A DNA stretch of 64,000 nucleotides, from contig OZ336874.1 of NCBI GenBank assembly GCA_965287045.1, positions 63,302,001 to 63,366,000 on the forward strand, written 5' to 3'. Below, piece after piece: positions 21,603 to 33,108 of the stretch. Each line of letters begins with the position of its first letter. The first letter of the stretch is position 1. This DNA is from Carcharhinus amblyrhynchos (lineage: Eukaryota). The notes under the pieces were generated by a model. It saw only the letters and a list, made by a program, of their open reading frames with translations, was not told the DNA's origin and did no database searches. The position numbers and the translations under genes were made by a program.

Positions 21603-23204
21603 AACCCCTCACCAAAGTGAGGCATCCTCCCCCCACACACAAATAATGGCTAACCTCCCATTCACACCACCCTGACATGAAGGTGACACAGTACCCCACA
21701 CAGGCCATCATCCCCTCAGACCCTTCCACTCAGGGACCCTCACCCTTCAGGACCCCCACTCAGCTATGTGCTTTGGCAGTGCCAATGGTGCACTGGCCCC
21801 TAGCACTGACACCCAGGCTTTGCACCATTGGCTCGAGGAGGCTCGCGGTAGTAGGCCCAGTGGCCATTTGCCCCTCTGCTGCATCCAGGCTGCAGAGGAC
21901 AGGTCCCTCAAGGATTCTGGGTGTTTGGGTGGACTTGGGCTGGGGTAAGGTGTTGACCTTATCACTCTCCACCAGGATGGGGGTATTGTGGCTGGACTGC
22001 TCCCTCTAGCCCTGACAGATCTGGAAGATCACCCCTGGCATGATGATTTCGGGCAGCCCTGTGATCAACATCTGCATTGCTGACTGTCATCTGTGCAAAT
22101 TCTGAAGTGGCCAGGTCGCTTTTATCTTTATGCCCCACTGGACACCTGGCAAGATTTTAAGTCATTGCAGCACTCCATTGTGCCGCAGAGATTTTTCTTT
22201 CTCCCTGTTAGAAGTTGCAGGTGAGAGCAGATCCCTTTGAAGTCCTCTGACAGAGAGGAGATGTCAATTTCACTGGGTGGAGGTGGGTTTTTCTAGTCTG
22301 CAGTGCTGTGTGCTCAGCCCTAATATATGCACACGGCTTTGATTTGAAGTTGTTGAGGCTTCTCTGCAAGCAAAAATTGTTGAAACCTTCTCCATTGGAC
22401 TTAAAGCCTTAAGCTGTAACAAATTCAAGATATAGTGCCTCCTAAAAGATTCAGCTGTCATTTCTGTGGATTTTTATACTCCTCTAGCCCCCTGTGTTTA
22501 TTCTGATTTCCCTTTACAATTGATTGCACTGCAAGCACTCCATTGAACCTGACCGTGGTGTAGACAGAGTCTAATCCTAATTGATAGCCAATGGTTTCAC
22601 TTTTTCTTTTGCAAACCACTTCAAAGATTGGGGCCAGTAGTTTGGACTGGGAGGGTCTCAGTGGGTTTGGCATTCACTGCAAAACCTGTTTTCCTGCCGT
22701 CTCCTGATTCTCCAGGTCATCATGAGTGGGGTAATGGGCCTGGAGAATCCCCACCCCACGTTCCACCATAAAGTTCTACAGAGAAGAAAACTCGCACTGG
22801 CAGAGGATACAGAATATCCTAGACTTTGAAAGGAGATCAGGGAGATTAAGAATCTCAGACACTAACGCTGTGAAGCCTGAGACTTTGAGGGAAGATGTTG
22901 GAGGATATAAATTTGATAGCGATAAGGATGTAGGGGGATATGTAGAATAAATGTTAACATCAGAATCATACATGATGGTAATGTAATAACAATGTCAGAT
23001 CACTTGACTGAGAAGCAAGAAAGATCTGGTAAGAGGGGATGTTCCAGCCTCGTGTAAAGGTCCAAATGTGTAAATATTCACTGTAAGTAAAAAGTAATGG
23101 TTTTGAGAAAATATAGACTCAAGCAGCATATTTTGGGAGAACAGACATTTCCCTAAATCCCCATTTAGATTCCAATCACACAATGAAACACAGGTCACAC
23201 AGGT

Positions 23205-23700
23205 GAAGTCATATTTAAATGGATTCTCAACAGCTTTTTCAGATGAGACATTAAACTAGGATCCCATCTGCCCTTTCAGATAGATATAAAAGATTCCATG
23301 GTGCCATTTTGCAGATGAGATGGACAGTTATCCTCTGTGTTTTGACCAATATTTGTCTTCAATGTACATCACAACACAGATTATCTGGTCATTATCACAT
23401 TGCTGTTTGTGGGAGCTTGCTGCACCTATATTGACTGCTATGCCTCCTACATTTCAGCAAATACTACTCTCCGAAAATAATTCATTCGATGCAAAGTGCT
23501 TTATTATAATTCAAGTCAGGATTACCCTTCGTAGAGCTCTGACAAAGAGTCATCCTGATTCCAAATGTTGGCACAATTTTCCAGCATTTTCTGTATTTGT
23601 TCCAGATTCCACCATCCGCAGTTTGCTGCTTGTGCTTTGTGATATGGCTGATGGTTGTGAAAGGCATTATATAAACGCAAGTCTTTCTTTTTTCTTTCTA
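23205..23700 (+). mobile_element. Deu-domain SINE (SacSINE1/AmnSINE-like), interrupted by a Penelope fragment
   Basis: TTTCAGATGAGACATTAAAC...CAGATTATCTGGTCATTATCACATTGCTGTTTGTGGGAGCTTGCTG...; L2-like tail GTGAAAGGCATTATATAAACGCAAGTCTTTC. Confidence 0.75.
23520..23632 (+). mobile_element. Penelope-like terminal-repeat fragment with decayed hammerhead motif
   Basis: AGCT-CTGACAA-AGAGTC-ATCCT-GATTC-CAAA-TGTT then TTTTCCAGCATTTTCTGTATTTGTTCCAGATTCC. Confidence 0.7.
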
Positions 23701-24597
23701 CTTCCTCTGAAATAAATCTCACAAGAACATGTGGGATATTCATTTTGCAATGGATAGTGCCCTTTTACTATTAAAGTAACTGTAGGAGCTGAATTCATGT
23801 CGCCTACTGCTTCAAAGTTGCTTCTTACTCATCCCATTTAAATTGCTGCTGCAGGCTCTCAATAAACAACTGCACAATCTGATTTTTTACCTGTAAATTG
23901 GCAAACTACCTATGGGCAGTGTGTTTCATGCTGCCAGCTTGCCTACCGCATGTAAGGGAATTGGTAAATTGTACAAGTTTACTGTTAACTTCTCTCAGTG
24001 GTCAAATACAATAGGTTGAGATGGAAAACAAAGAGAAAAGTAAGATTCGTAAAGAGAAATATGAGAATAGATTGGCAGTGAACAGAAAAGGGCATCCAAG
24101 AAAATGTTATCAAGATATAAATAGAAAGAGGTGTGGTAGGGGTGGGGCGAAATGTGAGGAAAAACTTTTATACACAGCGAGTGTCTATGAGCTGGAACTT
24201 GCCCACAAGGGTTATAAAGCAGGGACAATTATTATTTTCACATGGAAAATTGAAGGAAATAAACATTCAAGGCTATGGGAGTGAAATATGGATTACATAT
24301 TGGCCCCGGATAATTATCAGCATTCTGTGTGGCCACCTTCAACTGATATTAGGTCCCTTGCACATGCTGATAAAAGGACTTACAACTGCTTAAGGATCTC
24401 TCTGCCAGCTCCACAAAATGTACTTACAGCTCTGAAAAGTATCTAGTACTCAGGTTACAAGTTTTGCTATCCATGTGGACACCAACATGGAAAAGTATGG
24501 ATGTTTTCTTTGCCTGAAATTTGATATGTTCCATGCATAAATAAAATCATATCCTTTAACTGGTAAGCAGTGACTTTTTTAAGAGCAGTTGACTCCT

Positions 24598-24703
24598 TGG
24601 CTGGAATTCTCCGGCCATTCATGCCCCATGCTCAGCCAAATCTCTATTCACTGCGGAAGGATGAGAGAATCCCACAGGCGTGAATGGCTGGAGGATCCCG
24701 CCC
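24598..24703. mobile_element. ~105-bp MITE with ~25-bp TIRs
   Basis: GGCTGGAATTCTCCGGCCATTCATGCC ... GGCGTGAATGGCTGGAGGATCCCGCCC are imperfect inverted repeats. Confidence 0.8.
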
Positions 24704-26884
24704 ATGAGATTAACCTTCCCACCTATAGATTCCCAGTCTTGTTCCTGAGCTTGGGGGGCTGAGCCTCTTACTGTATCTTAAAAGTCCATGAAAAAAGAAG
24801 GGAGACTGAATATCAATTTTTACCAGTCCTTTGCTTGGGACTTTTGCTGGGTATCTTGCATTCCATCTTCAGGTGTGTGGCTTACCCAGAGATTCAGGTT
24901 GATCAAGGCTTGTATTCCCAATGACTTAGCCATAAATTTATTCTCAGTGGCTGTGGCACTCGTAGCCGTTCTGCCGAGAGAAGGCTCAAATTGACACAGT
25001 GCTCCACTGCCAGACCTTCTGACCTTTTGAATAGGGGGCTGGCAGTTGATGGATTGACTCAAATGCCTCACCTGCTGTTGAAGACACTTAGATCATGGGA
25101 TTTCCTCTAACCCGTATGTTTTGTAAATATGGGATTATGATGCATGGGATTATGATGTTCTTGTTCCGTAAAGAGTATGATTTTTAATGAAAATCACAAT
25201 GTGAATTTCTGCACCAACACTAACATGTGTTGCAATGACATATTTCAATCTTATGTTGGGTTTTGCAGCACCTGTGGATGCCTTTTTTCTAATTCTCATT
25301 CAAAGATAGGGACATCTTCATTCCCAAGTTCTCTTCCAAGTCACACTCATTCTGACTTAGCCAAAAATGTCATTTTTTTTTTCATTCTTACTGTGTCAAC
25401 GTCTTGAGACTCCGATTTGACACTTTTGGAGGAGAACCATGACTACAAGGATTTCAGAATTCCTAAGACCTTCTCCTATCAGTTAGGGATGGGCAATCTA
25501 GCCCTCTATCATCCATATCCCAAAATTTAAACAAAGGAAGTGAAGAAGATCTTAGTTTGCAATAAATTTCCCTGTAACAAAGTGCCCTCAACAGCTTAAA
25601 TACTTCATTATAATGATCAGTGCAAAAGGTCAGTCCCCTGAATATTCTAATATTTTTAAGGTTCATACAACAATATGATTTGAAGCTGCATACAAGAATT
25701 CGCATACTGCTTTTCATTCTTTAACTGCTGATGTCAGCTTTGCCAACTAGCAGAAGGGTCTCTCGCTAAATTAACAGTACACCCATTTGCTTGAATGGGT
25801 TTTGGACAAGACTTTACATATGCAAGGTCTTATTCTACAATAATTACATGTGCTCTCTGGAGAGATAATAAATAATATTTTCAACAAGATTTCCAATCTC
25901 TGGCATGACACCACTGTCAAAAACAGACTACTCACTGTTTGGTTTGGGCCTAAATTATCGCATTTAATTGGTCACCTGGTGGTTAGCCAATAACCTCATC
26001 CTACAGGAGGTAATGCTCGGATGGTTGTTAATAGGCTGGAGATATACTGTTCCCCCAGGAGACTCAGCAGTCTGGGAATAAAGCAATTTCCTATGTTGTA
26101 CTGTGTACCCAGTAGTTAATCCTCTCCACTTATGAAATGCACAGTATTTAGCTCTATGTGTTATTGTTGGCCTACTAACTGCTGGGATGATAATAGGCAG
26201 TAATTCTGCAATGTGTGGTCTTCTGCATAGAAATCTGCTGCAGCTTGCTGATTTCTAATTAAGTTTGTGGAATGGCAGACTAAACCAGTTAGGACTTCAC
26301 TAATCTTAATATTAGTTGGAAACCCATGTCTTCCTTTGGGAACCCATGCCTTCCATTTATTTTTCATGGTTTCATTTAACCACAATCTACCCACATAACA
26401 TTAATCAGCAAAGCATGATTATAAAGACAACAAATTGTAAATAGAAGAAATGTTTCCAAGCATGTTTGTAACTTTATTATTATCTAACAGAGGAAATTTG
26501 CCAATTAAGTAAAACATACCGGAAATGCAACCAATGCTAAAACTCTTGTCGTATGTTTCCATGCATATGTGCTTATTGCCACTTACACAAAAGCTAATTA
26601 ATGTTATATCTCCACTTGATGTTCAATGATGTTGCCAGATGCTCACAAGTTAAGTATAATGCTTAGTACAAGCTATGTTGCACCATTTCATTGACCTCCA
26701 GCATCAAAAGGACGCTTTTTGCAAGACCAAGTTGAACATTTCACTCATATAATTCAATAATTTGGGGTATTTACAATGGTGGGTGGGTATTCTTTATTGG
26801 AACTGGATAAAATCAAATACAATTCAAGTTGAAATAACTTAATTATATTAAATTATTTTGATACATGCCCCAATATCACGATAC

Positions 26885-27530
26885 ATGCTGAGAAGATGTT
26901 TCCTTTTGTGGAAGAATCTAGAACTTGAGGGCACGGTTTCAAAATAAGGGGTCTCTCAGTTAAAATTGAGGCAAAAAGAATTTTGTTTTGCGCAGAGAGT
27001 CATTTGGAATTCTTTACCAGAAAGAGCTGTTGAGACTGGTTTAAGTTTAAGTGTTAGCATCACAAGTAGGCTTACATGAATACTGCAATGAAGTAACTGT
27101 GAAAATCCCCTAGTCACCATGCTCCAGCACCTGTTCAGGTACACTGAGGAAGAATTTAGCATGGCCAATGCGCCTAATCAGCACGTCGTTCAAACTGTGC
27201 GAGGAAACCAGAACATCCAGAGGAAACCCAAGCAGACATGGGGAGAGCATGCAGACTCTGCACAGACAGTGACCAAAGTCAGGAATTGAACCTGAATCTT
27301 TGACAGTGGAAGGCAGCAGTGCGAACCACTGTGCCACCATACATTGAATGTATTCTAGACTGAGGTAGACAGCTTTTGATTTACAATGGATCCAAGGATT
27401 ATGGGCAGGGCGGGGAAGGGGAGGGGGTGGGAGGTGGCAGACAGGAAAGTTGGGTAAGATAAGCCATGATAATACTGAATGGTGGAACAGGCTTAAGTGG
27501 CCAAATGGCCTAATCCTATTCCTTATGTTA
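26885..27530 (+). mobile_element. CR1 3' fragment split by a SINE insertion
   Basis: EKMFPFVEESRT*GHGFKIRG..., WNSLPERAVE; resumes after 27340 and ends TAAGCCATGATAATACTGAATGGTGGAACAGGC...CCTTATG. Confidence 0.8.
27040..27340 (-). mobile_element. HE1-related SINE, alternative-tail subtype
   Basis: TCACAAGTAGGCTTACATGAATACTGCAATGAAGTAACTGTGAAAATCCCCTAGTC...AACCACTGTGCCACCAT. Confidence 0.9.
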
Positions 27531-29074
27531 TTGTAACTTGAGGTTACTGAATCAGGCTTAGATCAAGATGAATGGATGCATTATATTTGCTTAACACACA
27601 GGAGTGTGAATGAAAGAATGGAGGTAAGTAATGTCCACAAAAGAACAGATAGTTTTCAGTAAAATAAGTGACAAATAGGAGTAAGAGAAAGTTTTCGATT
27701 TGTAGAATGGCCAGGTGGACTGCAATTGTGTTTTCTGATCCTATTCATGTCCTCATTTTTTTAAGTTCATTGTTGCAATTGAGAGTGACAAGAAGAAAAA
27801 TGATAATCTAAGCTCCATTCATAGCTTGATTCATGAGCAAAATGTTAATATACTGTGCTCTCCAATAAAGAGGAGCTACCAATTGAAAAAAAAGATAAAA
27901 CTGGTTGGAGAGGTAAAAATGTTACATCTCAGCTCCACCACAATACCACCAAGTAAAAACAATGAGATTCCTGTATATTTATGTTTGTTCAAAATCCCCT
28001 CCAAAATAGTTGGCAAGTATTATCTTTCATGAAGACAGTATTTCTTTAAATCCCAGAGGTGATCAATTATTTCCTTGTTTTTAGGACTAGAATCTAAAAG
28101 AATAATTTCAAAAGGAATCCCAAGTCGCATAATCATTGTTTGAGTTGTGCTGGAGAAGATGATTTTGAAATCATGTCCCAAGTGGGTTGTAACTTGTGAA
28201 CTTAAGTTCTCCATTCCTACATCAGCACATAATTGGTGAACAACTCTATTTAATTATGTCTATAACATATTATATTAACCAATAAAATTACCATAAACAT
28301 TACCATTAAAAGGATAACCATGTCACAAATAACGCACTTGGCAGGTACCATACCAAAGCTATTTAAATGTGCCATGGAGTCACAGTTGTAGTTCATCGTT
28401 ATTTTCTTGTGGCTCTTTCATGTTGGACCTTCATTACAATACCTTTGAGTGTTTTCTGCGTGCGGCAAGAGTACAAAAGCATTTTCCCTTTGTTTACTGG
28501 AGTTGCATCAATGAAAAGCACAAGGCCACAAACTTTAGGTAGAATCTAACGTATAAGTTTAATATTTATTGTTGTTATTGTTCTTGAAACCACAGCAGGA
28601 ATAAGATTCCATTTTTTTCACATTACTTTCAGCCTGTACCTTTAAGGTAATTGCATAGCTTCTGCATTGTTAAAGCAAAAATGCTTCACTTTTTATCAGC
28701 CAATTTAGTTTGACTGACAAATAGAAAATTCTGTATTTAACACACATCTTGATATATTGATTATAATTACTACATTGCAGTGCAGAAAATTTTCAGTTCT
28801 TACCTGTAAAAGCTTAAAAAATGTGAATATTATTTAATTCTGAAAGGAATGATTTGTAAGCTAAAAGGGAATAGAGACTTGAGTCTCAGGGTTAGGGTTA
28901 GGGATGAAACAATCCTGTTCTCAGGATTGAAACAGGCACCATACATGGAGCCAAGCCCCAGTTGGTAGACTTAATGCCAGGCAAATATTGACTCTAGGTC
29001 CTCATTAACAATATTTGCACAACTGCCAAAGCCTGCTACTGTTACAGAAACTGTTAACCCGTTTTGATATTTTG

Positions 29075-29280
29075 TCTATTTTGTGGGATGTGAGCATCAC
29101 TAACAAAGCCAGCATTTGTTGTCCACCTCCAATTGTCCTTGAACTGAATGGTTGGCTTGGTCATTTCAGAGGGCATTTAAGAGTCAACCTCATTATTGTG
29201 GATTTGGAGTCACGCTTCAGCCAGACCAGGTAAGGGTGGCAGATTTCCTTCCATGCAGGATATAAAGGACATTAGTGAAA
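29075..29280 (-). mobile_element. tRNA-derived SINE 3' half (same family as 51097-51465)
   Basis: GGGATGTGAGCATCACTAACAAAGCCAGCATTTGTTG...AAGGACATTAGTGAA is the reverse complement of 51285-51450. Confidence 0.75.
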
Positions 29281-29761
29281 GACCCCATCCCACCAGAAAT
29301 GGCAAGAACATGTTGGGCCATTTGGGAATTCTGTGGAATGGGAAGCATTATTTCTGTTCCTGGTTCTACAGCAATGACTGAAAAACATTTTAAAAGAACA
29401 TTTTTTTTGTTGCCTGACACTGCTAATGCTGCACCACAATGAAGAATTCTGAGCAGAAGTGGCCTGCTTTCTCAATCTGCACTAATTTTATAGAAGGGGT
29501 TTAAGCAGGCATTTTGCTCCTTATCTATAAGCCATCTAACCTCTTTTAGGCAGCCAAATGGGCCACCCTGACATTGAATGGAACATCTTTCAAGTATATT
29601 TTGGACTTGGGACTTTGGCCAGTTAAATTAATTCTTTTTGAGCCTGTCTTATTCCCAACATTTTGATTTTTACATTAGTTTCATGAAGACTATTGCTGGG
29701 AAATGAAAAGAATGCAATAAGCAATGCTTTATGAAAAGAGATCTATTATAAATTAGCTATA

Positions 29762-32700
29762 GGATGGAATTTTCCCAATTTTTGGCTAAGTGCGGCTCCA
29801 GGTGGTTAAAGCAGTGTCTAACCTGCCAGCAGTGGGTTTTCACGCTGTAGTTTTAGGAGCTCCATGATGCAGGGCATGCACTCCACAGTTCAGGTGCTTA
29901 TGGGCATCTGTGAATGCTTGTGCCAGAGGACAGGGGGGCTTCCTGACTTCACTCTAGCTGCCCCTCTGTCACAAGGAGGAAGTCAGGAGCTCTCAAGCAT
30001 CCAGTGGGAGGAGGAGAAGCTGGTGCATTGCTTGGGGCCTTCCATCCAGGAGACTCTGGGAATGTCCAGCCCATGTGACACTCCCCTTTGACCAAAAATT
30101 ATCCAGCCCCACAAGCTGAGGACGGTAGCACTACCACATGGAAGCACCCCAAAACTAGTCTGGGACCCGCTAGGTCTCAGTTCTCCGGAGGACACCCACT
30201 ACTGTCATCAGAGACAACAGATCACAGCGGATAATAGGATGCCTCCATCTCTACTGTGGATCCTGGGGATATACTGTATTGGTAGGGTTTGAAAAATTAA
30301 CAAGATTTAATTGCACAGCATGGACACAGATGTTAAGCACTTGTAGATAGTAACCATTATGTAAGTTAGCAACTACTCCTGTAAATGAAATAAATCTTAT
30401 TCATTACAAGCTCTCTATGGCTCCCAGCTCTCATTAGATTTCTTCATGTAGTGCCACTGAGACAACAGCATCTATGTTCTGTTGAAAGGCTGGATGCTCA
30501 CTCCAGAACCTCCTCCATCTGCTCTCTGCAAAGCTGCCAGCTCATTGGTTGGCATTCCATCATAGCAGCAGAACACATCCATTAAGCCAGTGTCATCTTG
30601 GTAATGAGGATGTCCCCACTATGGTCAGAGCCACCTCTCAACCCAGTCATTGCGAATGTCTGATCTCAGCACATGAAACCCAACTGCTAGACCTTTATGA
30701 AAAGTGTGCATCTGCACCCGATGGCAGTGAATCTGAGAGGCACACCTAGTTAAGGAGGATCTTAGATCAGAACAGATTAAACAGCCCACGCGACATTGTT
30801 ATTATCTGATTCTGGTAACTGAGAGTTCATGAGTTACTTCAGCAAGACTGGAATGAAACCTTCACAGTAGCTCTTTGAGGGATAATGCATTGTCCACACT
30901 GCAAGTCATCATCATAGAGGCTATAGGCAACCGTTCCCTTCCCGTGACAATAGCCACATCAGTGAGAGTGTGCACTGCCAGCAGTCAGACAGGACAGCTG
31001 AGAACATGGAAGGGACTTCAGGATGACAGAACATTCCCTTAGGCCCTAATCGCCATCCATGAAACAGAAATTTATCAGTGCATCCGAGCATTGCCATTGC
31101 CTGGTATTTTCATCTGCTCCCTCTAGGATGTCCTCTTCGTCATCCACCTGGAGGATGCACCTTGTGTGGTTGCAGACTAACCGAACATTTAGGGATTGAA
31201 GCCCTTGCTGTTAAAGGGAAACCCTTGCTGCCATGGGGATCAGAGAGCCATCGTAGAAAGCATAATATCTGGATCATCCCATGGCTCCGACGTCCTGGTT
31301 CACATGGTCCTAGCTGAAATGCATGTAGTTATGAGTCCTTCTGGAAAGTGTATCTGTCCCCTCTTTGATGCACTTCTGAGTGGAGGCCTGCAAGATGCCA
31401 CAAAGGTGGAGTCTTGAAGGAAATTAGTTGCATAAGAGTTCAGGGCAGCTGTGACTAACAAAGCAACAGACAGTGGATGCCCTCCAAGTCTGTGTGGCAT
31501 CAAACTTTCAAGGAGGTTGCCCAGATGAGCCACCATGTCCTTGGACAGGCGAAGTCTTCACTGTCCTTGAATATTGTTCATTTCAAGGAAGGTCGAGTGC
31601 TGTCTGTAGACACCGGGTCTTAGAGAGGAGAGAAGACTCTCTGGTCATTGATTACTGTGTTGCCCAACACATTGAGAACCTTTCCCTTATAGTGTCCTGA
31701 AATGGACTCTGTGCCACCATTTCCCCATGCAGCCTGACTGAGCTGGCCACAGCTTTGGAAACCCTCCTATCTCCTGAGCTCTCATGTAAGGCGCAGGCAT
31801 CTGCCCCATGGTTCACTGTAAGGCCCTGTGCTCTATTCTGTCAAGAAGTTAAGAAGGGGAGGGCTTTGTATGGACACCAGAGCCCCCACATCTGATAGAT
31901 CAGGTACCCTGCTGAGGTGTTTTTACCCTTATCCTCTGTGAAGGAGTGTGTGTGCGTGCCTGCCTTCTCAGATAATTCAGGGAATCCATGACACTCATAG
32001 ACTGGGGTGGTCAATGCTCAAAGTGTTAACTGATGATTGGTACTCAGCAGCACTCATACACATCAGTGGTGAGTAAGTGGGCATAATTGACTGAAGAAAT
32101 ATTAATGGACAAATGCATCACTGATCTGATATGCAAAAGCCTTTCCATCTAACTGGATACTTCAGGCTGTGTCTACTATCTGCCACCCAAATAACTAGCC
32201 CAGCCTTTCCTTTCCAGTATCAGGTCCCATCAAGAAAGCAGAAGATGCATTGTAACCAAAGATTACAGTTTTTGAAAGGTTAAGATTTACATTTAGCTTT
32301 CTTCCCCTTTCCACAATGAGTCCTTCCCCCCACTTCAGAGGCCATCTAATTCCCCCATAGCTCAGCGAGGCTGTTGCCCCTTCCCTCCTATGCTGCTGCC
32401 GCCACCCCCCCCCCGTGTCTCCTCCCCCTCGGAATGAAATTCTCTGTCAGGTCAACACCGATCTAGACCCCTGACCACACCATCCAACATCCTCCACCTG
32501 AGCAGCCTTGCTGGTTGTTCCTTCCCCCCACCACCAAGTTTTGCAGGCTGGCTGTGCCCCCACCCCTCACAAGCCCCAATGATCCCAAAGCTCAGTGCTT
32601 CCTCAATATAGAGCCCCCTCACTATCCAAAGACCCACTCCCTATTGGAGGCTGAACTCCAAGCAGCAATGCCTTCTTGAGGCTGAAAACTACACCCCCCC

Positions 32701-33108
32701 ACCCGTTGAACCATGTCCTATAGCTGGCTCCCCTCAACCTTTAGTGTGCCGTTTCTCACCTGACACCCATCAATGGCCCATGGTAAACTGCATGCTTACT
32801 TCAAAGGTGAATTTGCCAGTTTGTCATTTTGTGCCAGCTGTTGTGAAAGGCTCTGACGTAATGTCATGCCACCGTGGGCAGAATTTTCAATGTGGAGGGG
32901 TGAGTTGGAATTGCTGTGGAGAGGATGCTAATGATATTCAAATGAAAACAAGTGGGGTTCAAGTACCCTGTTGTAGGTGAGGGGGAATGGTGGGAACAAT
33001 CTCTTTGGGAAATTACAGTGGTGAAAATGTTGCCTTTGAATTCCTGTGGTAGTTTGTGCCCCTGTTGCTACCAATGCCCATGGCGAATGGGGGTGGAAAA
33101 TCCTAGCT
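29762..33108. mobile_element. Decayed PIF/Harbinger element(s); HARBI1-like transposase remnant on - at ~31030-31760
   Basis: ORF 31300..31536: LMPHRLGGHPLSVALLVTAALNSYATNFLQDS. Further downstream on -: FNSKGFNP...LVCNHTRCILQVD. Termini GGATGGAATTTTCCC (29762) and GGAAAATCCTAGC (~33096-33108). Confidence 0.7.

Noticed and set aside
25129-25157. ATGGGATTATGATG direct duplication
   Set aside because: A simple two-copy slippage duplication with no further structure.
28889-28903. GGGTTAGGGTTAGGG telomere-like seed
   Set aside because: Only about 2.5 units; too short to call an interstitial telomeric repeat.
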